Origin: an uncultured Eubacteriales bacterium
Lineage (GTDB): Bacteria > Bacillota > Clostridia > TANB77 > CAG-508
Assembly (NCBI GenBank): GCA_949294555.1
Contig: CASFHP010000021.1
Coordinates: forward strand, 1,860 to 65,859
Direction: 5' to 3'
DNA: 64,000 bases
Part shown: piece after piece, positions 21,663-32,022 of the stretch
Layout of the letters: each line of letters begins with the position of its first letter
How positions within the stretch are numbered: position 1 is the stretch's first letter
Position numbers and translations under genes: made by a program
Notes under the pieces: generated by a model
What the model saw: the letters and a program-made list of their open reading frames with translations, nothing else
Told to the model about the DNA's origin: nothing
Databases searched by the model: none

Positions 21663-23093
21663 TTAGCTAAGTCTATCATATAACATTTCCATGTAAGAAT
21701 ATACTTTTGTATGCCAATCTGGGTCACTTGCATATCTTTGGTTAACACCTTCTACTGTAGGACCATTATAATACCAAGCAGTTGCTGTTTGTCCATCATA
21801 AATTTTTGTTCCAGCAGGGTTTAAATAATTTTTAACTAATGTTTTTGTTACAGTTTCGATACCATCTGCAAATGAATCAAATTCATAAGAAGATTCATAA
21901 GGTGTTTCGTCATAAGAACCATAACCAAACAAATTATTTTTGTCTTCCGCAATTTGTGATGTACCCCAACCGCTTTCATGGATAGCAATTGCAGCGATAA
22001 AGATACCATTTACATTATACTTCTTGTCCATGTTATAAAAGACTTCTGCATTTTCTTCAAAAATTCCAGTTGTATCATTTGGTAAGTTTGTAAAGATTTT
22101 TTGGTAATCTTTTAATGTTAATCCTGTGGATTTATTTAATTCCATTTCAATATTAACATTCATTAAAATTCTTTGAATTCTATTTTTTTCAATAATGCTT
22201 GGTGTTTTACTAGATGAAGTTAGTACACTAGTAGGTAAATAGCCTTCAACTGTATCAAAAGATACTTTACACCAATCTTCACTTGGTAATTCAAGAAGTT
22301 TTACATCTATGTAATTTTGAATTTCTGCAACTTCTTCAGACGTTTCAGAAGCTTCTTTTCTTAAAGTTGCATTTTTGTTTAAATAAACTGTATCTCCAAT
22401 ATGTATATTTAGATCTGCTAAGAAATCTGAAGTTCCAATATCCAAAATCTGAGGTGTTGGTTCTTCAATGGTTTCTTTTGATAAAATGATTTCTTCTGTA
22501 AATTCTCCATTTTCATATGTTTTTACTAAAGAAACATTTTCTTTACCCATAACACCTTCTTGTAAAACAACTTGTTCTCCTCTTGGAAGTGTTGGATTTT
22601 GTTGGGTCTGAATTTCATATTCAATTTCTCTTTCCTCAGAAACTTGTTCTTTTACTTTTTCAAAGCTTGAGTTTTCAGAAATGATTTTTTGCATATTTAA
22701 TGCTCGTCTATTTATTTCAATATCAGTAGGAATAGATGCCGTTTCTACAACTTCTTCAGAATCTTCTGCAGTATCCCCTGTTTCAACTGAAAATACATTC
22801 ATAGGAAATATAGCAATAATGACTAAGACGAGAATAACGAAAACAATTAACAAGTTAGAAAGTTTTACACCTTTTTTGCTATCAAAAGATATGTCATTAC
22901 TATCAACAAAAGAAACTCTTGCCTTTGGTCTAGTTTGTTTATTTGTTTTAGATTTTTGCTTAGGCGTTGAAGATGTAGGTGTAGATGTTTGATTTGTGCC
23001 AGAATATCGAATTTCTTGTAACTCTCTAAAAACGTCAGACAAATTTCTGTTATCTTGCCCATTATTCATTAAGTTATTTTTATCATCTAACAT
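21663..23093 (-). CDS. Cell-wall hydrolase: TM anchor + G5-like + SH3b-like + glucosaminidase (GH73/LytD-type) domain
   Basis: C-terminal IAIHESGWGTSQIAEDKNNLFGYG. G5-like PRGEQVVLQEGVMGKENV. I prefer the start at ATG 23093 (RBS agtgaggaa). Confidence 0.8.
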   Translation of the reverse strand: MLDDKNNLMNNGQDNRNLSDVFRELQEIRYSGTNQTSTPTSSTPKQKSKTNKQTRPKARVSFVDSNDISFDSKKGVKLSNLLIVFVILVLVIIAIFPMNVFSVETGDTAEDSEEVVETASIPTDIEINRRALNMQKIISENSSFEKVKEQVSEEREIEYEIQTQQNPTLPRGEQVVLQEGVMGKENVSLVKTYENGEFTEEIILSKETIEEPTPQILDIGTSDFLADLNIHIGDTVYLNKNATLRKEASETSEEVAEIQNYIDVKLLELPSEDWCKVSFDTVEGYLPTSVLTSSSKTPSIIEKNRIQRILMNVNIEMELNKSTGLTLKDYQKIFTNLPNDTTGIFEENAEVFYNMDKKYNVNGIFIAAIAIHESGWGTSQIAEDKNNLFGYGSYDETPYESSYEFDSFADGIETVTKTLVKNYLNPAGTKIYDGQTATAWYYNGPTVEGVNQRYASDPDWHTKVYSYMEMLYDRLS

Positions 23094-23349
23094 CTTAATT
23101 TCCTCACTTTCATAAAATTCTACATCCCTATTATACAATAACAAAATGAACTTGTCTACAAAAAAATGCAAAAAAAAGCAAAGTAGCAAAAATTTCTAAA
23201 AATAAATGAATAAATCCTTAAATTGCTTGCAAAATCCATAAAATGGTATATAATAGAAACATAAAGTTAGAGAAAAGATTTGGTTGGAAAAAGACTTATA
23301 ATTGGAATAAATAAATCAAACTTAATACAGGAAGGAAAAGCGAAAAAAT

Positions 23350-24024
23350 ATGAATTTAGAAAAAATAGAAAAGGAAATAGGGTATACCTTTCAAAACAAA
23401 GAATTGCTAAAAACAGCATTAACCCACACATCTTATGCATATGAAAGACATATAGATAGCAATGAAAAGCTAGAATTTTTAGGAGATAGTATCTTAGAAT
23501 TTTTATCAAGTAGATATTTATATACACATTACACAAACTTAAGAGAAGGCGAAATGACAAAGGTTAGAGCAACAGTTGTGTGTGAAAAAAGTTTATATAA
23601 AGTAGCAACAAAGCATCATTTTGGAGACTATTTATTATTAGGAAAATCTGAGAAAATAAATGGTGGAAATAAAAGACCAGCTATATTAGCAGATAGTGTA
23701 GAAGCTGTAATTGCTGCAATCTACTTAGATGGTGGATTAGAACCAGTAAATACATTTATTATCAAAAATTTAAAAGAAGCAATAGAAGAAGCAAGTCAAC
23801 ATGTAGGAGATAAAGATTACAAGACAGTTTTACAAGAAAAATTGCAAGAAGCTGGAGATGTTAAAATAGAATATGAGATTATAAAAGAAAGCGGACCAGA
23901 CCATGATAAAAGCTTTGAAGCACAAGTTCGATTTAACGGAAAAGTTTTGGCAAAAGGTTCTGGAAAAAGCAAAAAAGGAGCAGAAATGCAAGCTGCGAAA
24001 AAAGCACTAGAAAATTTAAAATAG
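23350..24024 (+). CDS. rnc: Ribonuclease III
   Basis: NEKLEFLGDSILE signature and a C-terminal dsRBD. Confidence 0.95.
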   Translation: MNLEKIEKEIGYTFQNKELLKTALTHTSYAYERHIDSNEKLEFLGDSILEFLSSRYLYTHYTNLREGEMTKVRATVVCEKSLYKVATKHHFGDYLLLGKSEKINGGNKRPAILADSVEAVIAAIYLDGGLEPVNTFIIKNLKEAIEEASQHVGDKDYKTVLQEKLQEAGDVKIEYEIIKESGPDHDKSFEAQVRFNGKVLAKGSGKSKKGAEMQAAKKALENLK

Positions 24025-24039
24025 AAAAGAGGTAAGTCT

Positions 24040-25131
24040 ATGAAACATCAATATATCATACCGATATTTGTACCACATTTGGGATGTCCAAATGATTGCA
24101 TTTTTTGTAATCAGAAATCGATTAGTGGTCAAAAAAAGAATATGACAAAAGAAGAAGCCAAAAAAATAATAGATAATTACCTAAAAAACGTAAAAGATGA
24201 CCAAGCACAAATTGAAATTGCCTTTTTTGGAGGCAGTTTTACAGCAATAGAAGAAACATTACAAAATGAACTATTAGAATTAGCTTATGAATATGTGAAA
24301 GAAGGAAAAGTAGAAAGTATAAGAATATCCACAAGACCAGATTGTATTAATAAAGACATTTTAAAAAGACTAAAAAAATATAAAGTAAAAACCATTGAAT
24401 TAGGGGTACAATCTTCAAATGATTATATCTTAAACAGAGCCAATAGAGGACATACATTTGCAGATGTCAAAAAAGCGTCAAAATTAATTCGATTTTATGG
24501 TTTTAAATTAGGACATCAAATGATGGTGGGATTACCAGAAAGTACTAGAATTGATGAAATCAATACTGCAAAAGCATTGATAAAATTAAAACCTAAAATG
24601 GTAAGAATTTATCCAGTATTAGTGGTAAAAAATACAAAGTTAGAAAAAGAATACAAAGAAGGCATTTATGAACCATTACCATTGCCACAAGCTATTGAAA
24701 CATGTAAAGAATTGGTTAGAATGTTTGCAGACAAAAAAATTGATATTATACGTGTAGGATTGCAAAGCACAGATGAAATTGCAGACCCTAGCAAAGAAGA
24801 AAGTGAAGTGGTTGCAGGACCATATCATCCAGCATTTAGACAATTGGTGGAATCTGCTATGTGGTATGATGCGATTGTTGGAAAGATTAAGAAATTAAAC
24901 GTAAAAGTAAAAGAAGTGGAAGTAAAAGTAAATCCAATTGATGCTAATAATGTGATTGGTCATAAAAAAGAAAATGTTAAAAAATTAAAGGAAATTTATG
25001 ATGTAGATTTAATTTTAAAACAAGATGAAAATATAAAACAAGGAAAGTCTAAAATTGAGGTTACGAAAACATTTAAAGATTTTGCTTATGAAGAAAAAGA
25101 AGAAGAGAAAAAAGAGTTAAGCAAAAAGTAA
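24040..25131 (+). CDS. Radical SAM protein
   Basis: CPNDCIFCN (CxxxCxxC) near the N-terminus. Lies immediately downstream of rnc. Confidence 0.85.
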   Translation: MKHQYIIPIFVPHLGCPNDCIFCNQKSISGQKKNMTKEEAKKIIDNYLKNVKDDQAQIEIAFFGGSFTAIEETLQNELLELAYEYVKEGKVESIRISTRPDCINKDILKRLKKYKVKTIELGVQSSNDYILNRANRGHTFADVKKASKLIRFYGFKLGHQMMVGLPESTRIDEINTAKALIKLKPKMVRIYPVLVVKNTKLEKEYKEGIYEPLPLPQAIETCKELVRMFADKKIDIIRVGLQSTDEIADPSKEESEVVAGPYHPAFRQLVESAMWYDAIVGKIKKLNVKVKEVEVKVNPIDANNVIGHKKENVKKLKEIYDVDLILKQDENIKQGKSKIEVTKTFKDFAYEEKEEEKKELSKK

Positions 25132-25161
25132 ATATATATCTTTAGTTCATAATGAAAAATG

Positions 25162-25324
25162 GAAAGCTATTATTATATTTTTCGCTATCCCAACACTTTA
25201 CATACTCTAACTAAATCAGCTCCCATGGGACTATCGCTGATTTAATAAGAGTATGTAGCGTGTCGGTCCAGTATGTAGCGTGTCGGTCCCCACGAAACCC
25301 GCTTAAAATATAATAATAGCTTTC
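25162..25324 (+). repeat. Family-A element, copy 1: ~123-nt conserved core inside a 20-bp perfect palindrome
   Basis: Arms 25162-25181 and 25305-25324 are exact reverse complements. The core 25182-25304 matches the reverse complement of 56958-57060. It contains a 20-nt tandem duplication (25250-25269 and 25270-25289). Confidence 0.8.
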
Positions 25325-25415
25325 TACTTTTTAATAACAAATAAATATAAATAAACTAAAGTTAGAATAAAAACACCTGAATTTACCAATAATAGTAATA
25401 AAGGTGATTTTTATT

Positions 25416-26276
25416 ATGAGCGGAAAAGAAAAAATCCAAATAAAAAAAATAATGATAGAAGTATTAGGAACTATTTTAGGAGCATTTGTTATTGCAGTTG
25501 CTGTATCTTTGTTTTTATTGCCCAATAAATTATCTTCTGGAGGGGTAGCCGGAATTGCAACAATAACATATTATTTGTTAAATTTACCAATGGGAATTAC
25601 AATGTTAATTATAAATATTCCATTATTTTTAATGTCTATATTAAAAATAGGGAAAACATTTTTTGTGAAATCAATCATAGGAACGGTTAGTTTGTCTTTA
25701 TTTATAGACATATTAGATAAAGTAACGCCATTAACGAGCGATAAATTTTTAGCTTGTATTTATGGTGGGATTTTAATGGGTGTCGGAACGGCAATACTAT
25801 TAAAAGTAAATAGTTCAACAGGGGGAACGGATTTATTTAGTTATATAGCCAAAATTTATAAACCAACAATTAAAGTTGGAGAAATTATTTTTTTGATAGA
25901 CATTGCCATTGTGACTTTAAATATGATTTTTTTAGGAGAAATCGAAATTGGTTTGTATTCTGCTATTGCTATTTATTTAATGGGAAAAATCATTGACATC
26001 TTATTTGAAGGTATCTATTTTACAAAGTTGATTTATATTGTTTCTGACAAGGCAGAAGAAATTGCAAAAGAAATTGGAAAACAAATTGGAAGAGGAACAA
26101 CAGGAATTTATGGAAAAGGTATGTATACCAATTCTGATAAATTAATTTTGATGTGTGCTGTTACAAGAAAAGATGTAGGACATACCATACAAATTATAAG
26201 GAAAATTGATAAAAAAGGCTTTGTGATTATAACCAATTCAAGAGAAGTGTTAGGGTTAGGATTTAAGAATGAATAG
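25416..26276 (+). CDS. YitT-family (DUF2179) membrane protein
   Basis: Multi-TM with GGVAGIATI and GGTDL motifs and a C-terminal DUF2179-like domain. Confidence 0.75.
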   Translation: MSGKEKIQIKKIMIEVLGTILGAFVIAVAVSLFLLPNKLSSGGVAGIATITYYLLNLPMGITMLIINIPLFLMSILKIGKTFFVKSIIGTVSLSLFIDILDKVTPLTSDKFLACIYGGILMGVGTAILLKVNSSTGGTDLFSYIAKIYKPTIKVGEIIFLIDIAIVTLNMIFLGEIEIGLYSAIAIYLMGKIIDILFEGIYFTKLIYIVSDKAEEIAKEIGKQIGRGTTGIYGKGMYTNSDKLILMCAVTRKDVGHTIQIIRKIDKKGFVIITNSREVLGLGFKNE

Positions 26277-26341
26277 AAAAATATATACTTTATTTGTATA
26301 TTAAAGACATTTATGATAAGATTAAAAAAAGGAGAAACGAT

Positions 26342-27016
26342 ATGACAAAGACCATATTAATTGTAGAAGATAATACGGATATTCATAATTATATAAAAGA
26401 AGTATTAGAAAAAGAAAACTATACAGTACTAGACAGTTATTCAGGAACAGAAGCTTTAATGATTTTAGAAAAGGAAACAGTAGATTTAATTTTATTAGAC
26501 CTAATGTTGCCAGGATTAAATGGAGAAAAAATTATAAAACAAGTAAAAGATATTCCCATTATCGTCATGAGTGCAAAAATTTCTTTAGAAGATAAAGTCA
26601 ATGTTTTATTAAGTGGTGCAAATGATTATCTTACAAAACCATTTTCAACAGAAGAATTATTGGCTAGAATACAAGTACAATTCAGAATGCTTAAAGGTAA
26701 AAAAGAAAATACAAAAAATAGAAAATTAAAGTATAAACAGATGGTGTTAAATCTAGAAAATCATACAGTATGTATCGAAAACCAGGAAATATATTTAACA
26801 AAAACAGAATTTGCAATCTTAAAACAATTGATAATAAATCCTAACCAAGTGATAACGAAATCAAAACTTCTAGAATTAATTGCTGAAGATACATTAGATT
26901 GTGACGAAAATTCTCTAAAAGTACATATTAGTAACATTAGAAAGAAAATTAGACAAGTAACAGAAGAAGAATATATTGAATCTGTTTGGGGGATTGGATT
27001 TAAAATGTGTATTTAA
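26342..27016 (+). CDS. OmpR-family response regulator
   Basis: Receiver domain (ILIVEDN, DLILLDLMLPG, KPF) plus a winged-helix C-terminus (VWGIGFK). Confidence 0.9.
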   Translation: MTKTILIVEDNTDIHNYIKEVLEKENYTVLDSYSGTEALMILEKETVDLILLDLMLPGLNGEKIIKQVKDIPIIVMSAKISLEDKVNVLLSGANDYLTKPFSTEELLARIQVQFRMLKGKKENTKNRKLKYKQMVLNLENHTVCIENQEIYLTKTEFAILKQLIINPNQVITKSKLLELIAEDTLDCDENSLKVHISNIRKKIRQVTEEEYIESVWGIGFKMCI

Positions 27017-27028
27017 AAAAGTAAAATA

Positions 27029-27076
27029 AAATTAACGAAATCTTAACGATTTTCTTAACCGATTTCTTAACAATTT
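27029..27076 (+). promoter_or_regulatory. Tandem 12-bp direct repeats upstream of the ABC operon (candidate response-regulator binding site)
   Basis: TCTTAACGATTT, TCTTAACCGATT and TCTTAACAATTT at 27041-27076, preceded by a degenerate copy. They lie about 30 nt upstream of the RBS of the 27108 gene. Confidence 0.4.
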
Positions 27077-27107
27077 TATTGTAAAGTAAATAGGAAAGGA
27101 GGAGGTT

Positions 27108-28022
27108 ATGGAATATATTTTAGAGACCAATCAAATTGAAAAACGATATAATCGTTTTAAAGCAATTGACAATCTTAGCATACATGTACCAAAAGGGGCT
27201 ATATATGGACTTATTGGGAAAAATGGAGCAGGAAAAACTACTTTAATTCGTTTGATTTGTGATTTACAAAAACCAACAAGTGGAAGTTATACGATATATG
27301 GTATAAAAAATACAGATAAACGAATTCTAGAAGCTAGAAAAAGAATGGGAGCTATTATAGAAACCCCGTCTATTCGATTAGAGGCAACTGCTGAGGATAA
27401 TCTAAAAGAACAATATAGAATTGTAGGATTGCCTAGTTTCGACAATTTACAAGAAATATTAAAACTTGTTGGGCTAATAGACACTGGAAAGAAAAAGGCT
27501 AAACATTTTTCTTTAGGAATGAAACAAAGGTTAGGAATTGCAATTGCATTAGTTGGAAATCCAGATTTTTTAATTTTAGATGAGCCAATCAATGGACTAG
27601 ACCCAGAAGGCATTATTGAAATAAGAGAATTAATCTTAAAATTGAACAAAGAAAAGGGAATTACTGTTTTAATTTCAAGTCATTATTTAGATGAATTGTC
27701 TAAAATTGCAACAGACTATGGCTTTATTGAAAAAGGCCATATGGTGCAAGAAATTTGTAAAGAAACATTAGAAGAAAAATGCAAGAAACGAGTAGAACTT
27801 GAAGTTAGTAATGTCAAAGAATGTGTAAAATATTTTGAAGAAAAGCAACTATCTTATGAAGTTATCTCAGATAAATGCATAAATCTATATGATGAAATAA
27901 ATATTACAGAATTGGCAGTTGCACTTTTAAAAAGAGACTGCGTCATAGATAAATTTCAAGAAAAAGAAGAATCCCTTGAAAGTTATTATATCAACTTGAT
28001 GGGAGGTGGCAATAATGTATAG
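27108..28022 (+). CDS. ABC transporter ATP-binding protein
   Basis: Walker A GKNGAGKT, signature FSLGMKQR, Walker B LILDEP. Confidence 0.9.
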   Translation: MEYILETNQIEKRYNRFKAIDNLSIHVPKGAIYGLIGKNGAGKTTLIRLICDLQKPTSGSYTIYGIKNTDKRILEARKRMGAIIETPSIRLEATAEDNLKEQYRIVGLPSFDNLQEILKLVGLIDTGKKKAKHFSLGMKQRLGIAIALVGNPDFLILDEPINGLDPEGIIEIRELILKLNKEKGITVLISSHYLDELSKIATDYGFIEKGHMVQEICKETLEEKCKKRVELEVSNVKECVKYFEEKQLSYEVISDKCINLYDEINITELAVALLKRDCVIDKFQEKEESLESYYINLMGGGNNV

Positions 28023-28875
28023 ATTATTAAAAGCAAATTTTTTTAGATTGCTAAAAAACAAAATCTTTTGGGGAATTGTCATCATCACAATTATGATAGC
28101 TAGCTTTTTAGTAGTAAATACCATTTTGAATCATCAAGGAGAAACAAAAGAAGGAATTGATAGGCTATTGGTAATATATATGAATATTATTGGTATTTTC
28201 ATAGCCATATTTACCAGCTTATTTGTGGGAACAGAATATTCAGATGGAAGTGTTAGAAATAAAATTATTATAGGACATAGCAGAAAAAATATTTATTTGG
28301 TAAATTTGATAACAAGTATTGTAGTAGGGGTATGTATAGAATGCGTATATTTACTTATTGTTGCTATTATAGGAATTCCTACAATGGGAACTTTACAAAT
28401 GACAGCGGATAAGTTTATGTTCATTCTAGTAGATATTTTTTTCATTATGGTTGCATATGCTTCCATATTTACTTGTATTACTTTATTGTGCTCAGATATT
28501 ACAGTATCAACGGTAACTTGCATGATTTTAGTATTGATTATGTTTGTAGCTACGATTGCTTTATCATCAACAGCAAATGCTTCAAAATATCATGAAACAT
28601 ATATAACGAAAGATAATGGCGAAATCGAAGTTCATCAAGAGTTAAACTTAAATTATCCAGGAGATTTCCCAAAAGCAGTAGCCAAAACAATTTTATATTG
28701 TATACCAACAGGACAAGCCTATGAAATTGTAAGTCAAGTAGGTAAGCATCCACTTCAAATAGCAGACTATATGTCAGATAAAGATATGAAAATGGCTTCT
28801 TTGTATTCCTTAGCTGTCATAGGAATTGTAAATGGAATGGGTATGTATTGTTTCAAAAGAAAAGATCTAAAATAG
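28006..28875 (+). CDS. ABC-2-type transporter permease
   Basis: Six or so TM segments. Overlaps the ATPase gene stop by 17 nt. Confidence 0.7.
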   Translation: MAIMYRLLKANFFRLLKNKIFWGIVIITIMIASFLVVNTILNHQGETKEGIDRLLVIYMNIIGIFIAIFTSLFVGTEYSDGSVRNKIIIGHSRKNIYLVNLITSIVVGVCIECVYLLIVAIIGIPTMGTLQMTADKFMFILVDIFFIMVAYASIFTCITLLCSDITVSTVTCMILVLIMFVATIALSSTANASKYHETYITKDNGEIEVHQELNLNYPGDFPKAVAKTILYCIPTGQAYEIVSQVGKHPLQIADYMSDKDMKMASLYSLAVIGIVNGMGMYCFKRKDLK

Positions 28876-28920
28876 GGTAACAGTAAAAACGTGTGATAAA
28901 AGAGAAAGGAATTGATACGT

Positions 28921-29793
28921 ATGTGGGTATATATCAGCATGGGAATTTTATTTGTCTTGATACTTTTTATAGGAATAAAATTATATGTTATAAAAAAATC
29001 CATAAAAGAAATTCAAATAGAACTAGACAAAATAGTAACAACAGATACTAATCAATTGCTTACGATATCTTCATCAGATAAGGTAATGAAACAGCTAGCA
29101 AATGACCTAAATAAAGAATTGAAAATTTTAAGAAACGAGAAATTACAATATCAAAATGGAAATCAGGAATTAAAGAAAATACTTACCAATATTTCTCATG
29201 ATATGCGAACACCACTTACAGCCATTAGAGGATATATGGATTTGATAAGGGAAAATAAAGAAAGGCAAAAAGATTATGTGGAAATTGTAGAGAAAAAGAT
29301 AGAAGAATTGACAGTGCTTACAGATGAATTGTTTGACTTTTCTAAAACAATGGATATCGGTGTGAAAATTGAAAAAGAAAGATGTTGTATTAATGAAATT
29401 TTAGAAGAAACTTTAGCAAACATGTATTATCTTTTTAAAGAAAAACAAATAGAACCCAATATCAAAATATGTGAACAAAAAATTTACCGAGATTTAGATA
29501 AACATAGAATGATTCGTGTATTTGAGAATATTTTATCAAATGCTTGTAAATATAGTAATGGAGATTTGAATGTGACACTTGACGAAACGGGAAAGCTTAT
29601 ATTTTCTAATAAAGCGACATCCTTGGATGCTACAACAGTACAAAAGATTTTTGATAGATATTTCACAGTTGAAAATGCTAAAAAATCAACAGGATTGGGG
29701 TTATCTATTAGCAAACAACTCGTGGAATTAAATGGGGGAAATATATTTGCTAAATATAAAAATCCATATTTAACTATACAGATAAAATTTTAA
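28921..29793 (+). CDS. Sensor histidine kinase
   Basis: H-box SHDMRTPLTAIRGY and a GLGLSI G2 box. A single short N-terminal TM region. Confidence 0.85.
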   Translation: MWVYISMGILFVLILFIGIKLYVIKKSIKEIQIELDKIVTTDTNQLLTISSSDKVMKQLANDLNKELKILRNEKLQYQNGNQELKKILTNISHDMRTPLTAIRGYMDLIRENKERQKDYVEIVEKKIEELTVLTDELFDFSKTMDIGVKIEKERCCINEILEETLANMYYLFKEKQIEPNIKICEQKIYRDLDKHRMIRVFENILSNACKYSNGDLNVTLDETGKLIFSNKATSLDATTVQKIFDRYFTVENAKKSTGLGLSISKQLVELNGGNIFAKYKNPYLTIQIKF

Positions 29794-29978
29794 AATGTTC
29801 AATGTCTCTAAACATTAAAAATATAATGTCTACAAATTTACGAAAAGCCATAAAATTTGTATAAATTTTATGGCTTTCCGATTTGTTCTATGATATAATT
29901 TAATCTAGACAGAAAAGAAGGAAAGTGCTAAATCAAATTCATTATTTTTTAAACTAGATTGAAGGAATGAAATAAAAA

Positions 29979-30848
29979 ATGAAAGAGCAACAATACATAT
30001 TAAAGAACCCAGAAACTTTTCATTTAAAAGACATATTTGAATGTGGACAATGCTTTCGATGGAATGAGCAAGAAGACGGAAGTTATACAGGAATATGGAA
30101 AGAAAATGTGGTCAATGTAAAAAAAGAAGGACAAGATTATATATTTACTGGTATATGTAAAACTGAAAATTTAGAAGAAGAAATACACACATATTTTGAT
30201 ATGGATAGAAATTATGAAGAAATAAAAGAAAATCTATCTCACATTGACAACTATATGAAAGATAGTATTCAATATGGTAAAGGTATTAGAATTTTAAATC
30301 AAGACTTGTGGGAAACCATTATATCTTTTATCATATCTGCTAATAACAATATACCAAGAATAAAAGGGATTATCGAAAGACTATCCAAAACATATGGAAA
30401 GCCAATAGAATGGAATGGAAAAATATATTATACATTCCCAACACCAGGAGAATTGAAAAATGTTACTGTGGAGCAATATCGAGCATTAGGATTAGGTTTT
30501 AGAGATATTCGTTTGTATGAAACTACAAAAATGATATTGGAAGGTAAAGTGAACTTACAGGAGTTAGAAGAAAATCCAAACACAATAGAAGTAAGAGAAA
30601 AACTATTGACCCTTTCAGGTGTGGGACCAAAAGTTGCAGATTGCATATTATTGTTTTCTGACTTAAAACGTTTAGAGGTATTTCCAATAGATGTGTGGGT
30701 AAGAAGAGTAATGAATGATTTATATATCAAAAACGAAGATGAAACAAAGGTGAACAAAAAACAAATTGAAAAAATGGCTAAAGAAAAATTTGGAGATTTA
30801 GCAGGATTAGCACAACAATATTTGTTTTATTGGAGAAGAGAAGCATAA
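29979..30848 (+). CDS. 8-oxoguanine DNA glycosylase / HhH-GPD glycosylase
   Basis: HhH-GPD motif LLTLSGVGPKVADCILLF followed by a catalytic Asp (PIDVW). Confidence 0.8.
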   Translation: MKEQQYILKNPETFHLKDIFECGQCFRWNEQEDGSYTGIWKENVVNVKKEGQDYIFTGICKTENLEEEIHTYFDMDRNYEEIKENLSHIDNYMKDSIQYGKGIRILNQDLWETIISFIISANNNIPRIKGIIERLSKTYGKPIEWNGKIYYTFPTPGELKNVTVEQYRALGLGFRDIRLYETTKMILEGKVNLQELEENPNTIEVREKLLTLSGVGPKVADCILLFSDLKRLEVFPIDVWVRRVMNDLYIKNEDETKVNKKQIEKMAKEKFGDLAGLAQQYLFYWRREA

Positions 30849-30997
30849 CTTCTATCGGAAAAAGTTTTTTGAAGTATATTACCTAAATAATTACGTAAAT
30901 TTATTGACTTGCTATTTTTGTTTTGGTATAATAAAAAAAGATATAACTTTATAGGAGACATGCAAAGTAAATCGAAAAGGGGAATGGAGTGAAATAA

Positions 30998-32002
30998 ATG
31001 GAAGAAAATGTACAAAAAAATCAATCAAAAAGAGAAGAAATGATTGAAATATATACAAAGAGAGAAGATTTAATTAAAAGTAAATTTCCTGAAATTTCAA
31101 AAGCACCAGCTAGTATACAACAAGAATATTATGCATTAAATACATTAATAGATTCTTTAAAAACGTCTCGTAGAGAAATTAATGGAAAAACAGTTTCTTC
31201 TGATGGATGTGAAATTGATAAATTCGTTGCAGAAAAATATGAAGAGGCACTAAAAAAATATACAACATTAAATAAGGAAAACGAACAATATATAACTGCT
31301 GAAGAAGAAAAAAATTATGAGAAAGCACAAGAAGAACAATCAAAAATTAATGAAAAAATAGAAACATGTATTCGTAGACAAGCAGTTATAAAAAGTAAAT
31401 TTCCTGAAATTTCAGAAGCACCAGTTAGTATACAACAAGAATACTATGCATTAAACTCATTAGTAGATTCTTTAAAGACTTCTCGTAGAGAAATTAGGGG
31501 AAAGACGACCTCATCAGATGGTTATCAAATCGATGGATTTGTTGCAGAAAAATATGAAAATGCATTAGAAAAAGTTAATGCAGTGAGTGAAGAAAATAGA
31601 CAATATATTTCAATTGAAGATGAAGAAAATTTTCAATATCCAGAAATAGATTTTAATGCTTTGACAAGAGAAGCTCGTCTAATGCAAACAAAAGAACAAT
31701 ATAATGAATTGTATAGAAGAATAACAGAACTTACATTAGAACCGTTACCAGAAGCAACAAAGGCTAGATTGAGTAATATACAAAAACAAATGAATGAAAC
31801 GCTTTACAAAGGCTTAATAAAAGATCAGAAAAAAGTTCAAAAACCAGAAATGGTACAACCTGTAACCGTGACCCAGTCAAAGTTTGCACAAATTTATCAA
31901 AAAGCAAAAGGAAGAATTAGAGAAGCTTTTTCTAAAATTAAGACTATGATTAAAGACAAGACAAAAGATAATGAAATGGATAAGGATGAAGAACAAAAGT
32001 AA
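30998..32002 (+). CDS. Hypothetical protein with an internal ~314-nt duplication
   Basis: KSKFPEISxAPxSIQQEYYALNxLxDSLKTSRREIxGKT...VAEKYExALxK occurs twice (about 31077-31262 and 31391-31573). Confidence 0.5.
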   Translation: MEENVQKNQSKREEMIEIYTKREDLIKSKFPEISKAPASIQQEYYALNTLIDSLKTSRREINGKTVSSDGCEIDKFVAEKYEEALKKYTTLNKENEQYITAEEEKNYEKAQEEQSKINEKIETCIRRQAVIKSKFPEISEAPVSIQQEYYALNSLVDSLKTSRREIRGKTTSSDGYQIDGFVAEKYENALEKVNAVSEENRQYISIEDEENFQYPEIDFNALTREARLMQTKEQYNELYRRITELTLEPLPEATKARLSNIQKQMNETLYKGLIKDQKKVQKPEMVQPVTVTQSKFAQIYQKAKGRIREAFSKIKTMIKDKTKDNEMDKDEEQK

Positions 32003-32022
32003 AACGTTAACGGAGGTATACA

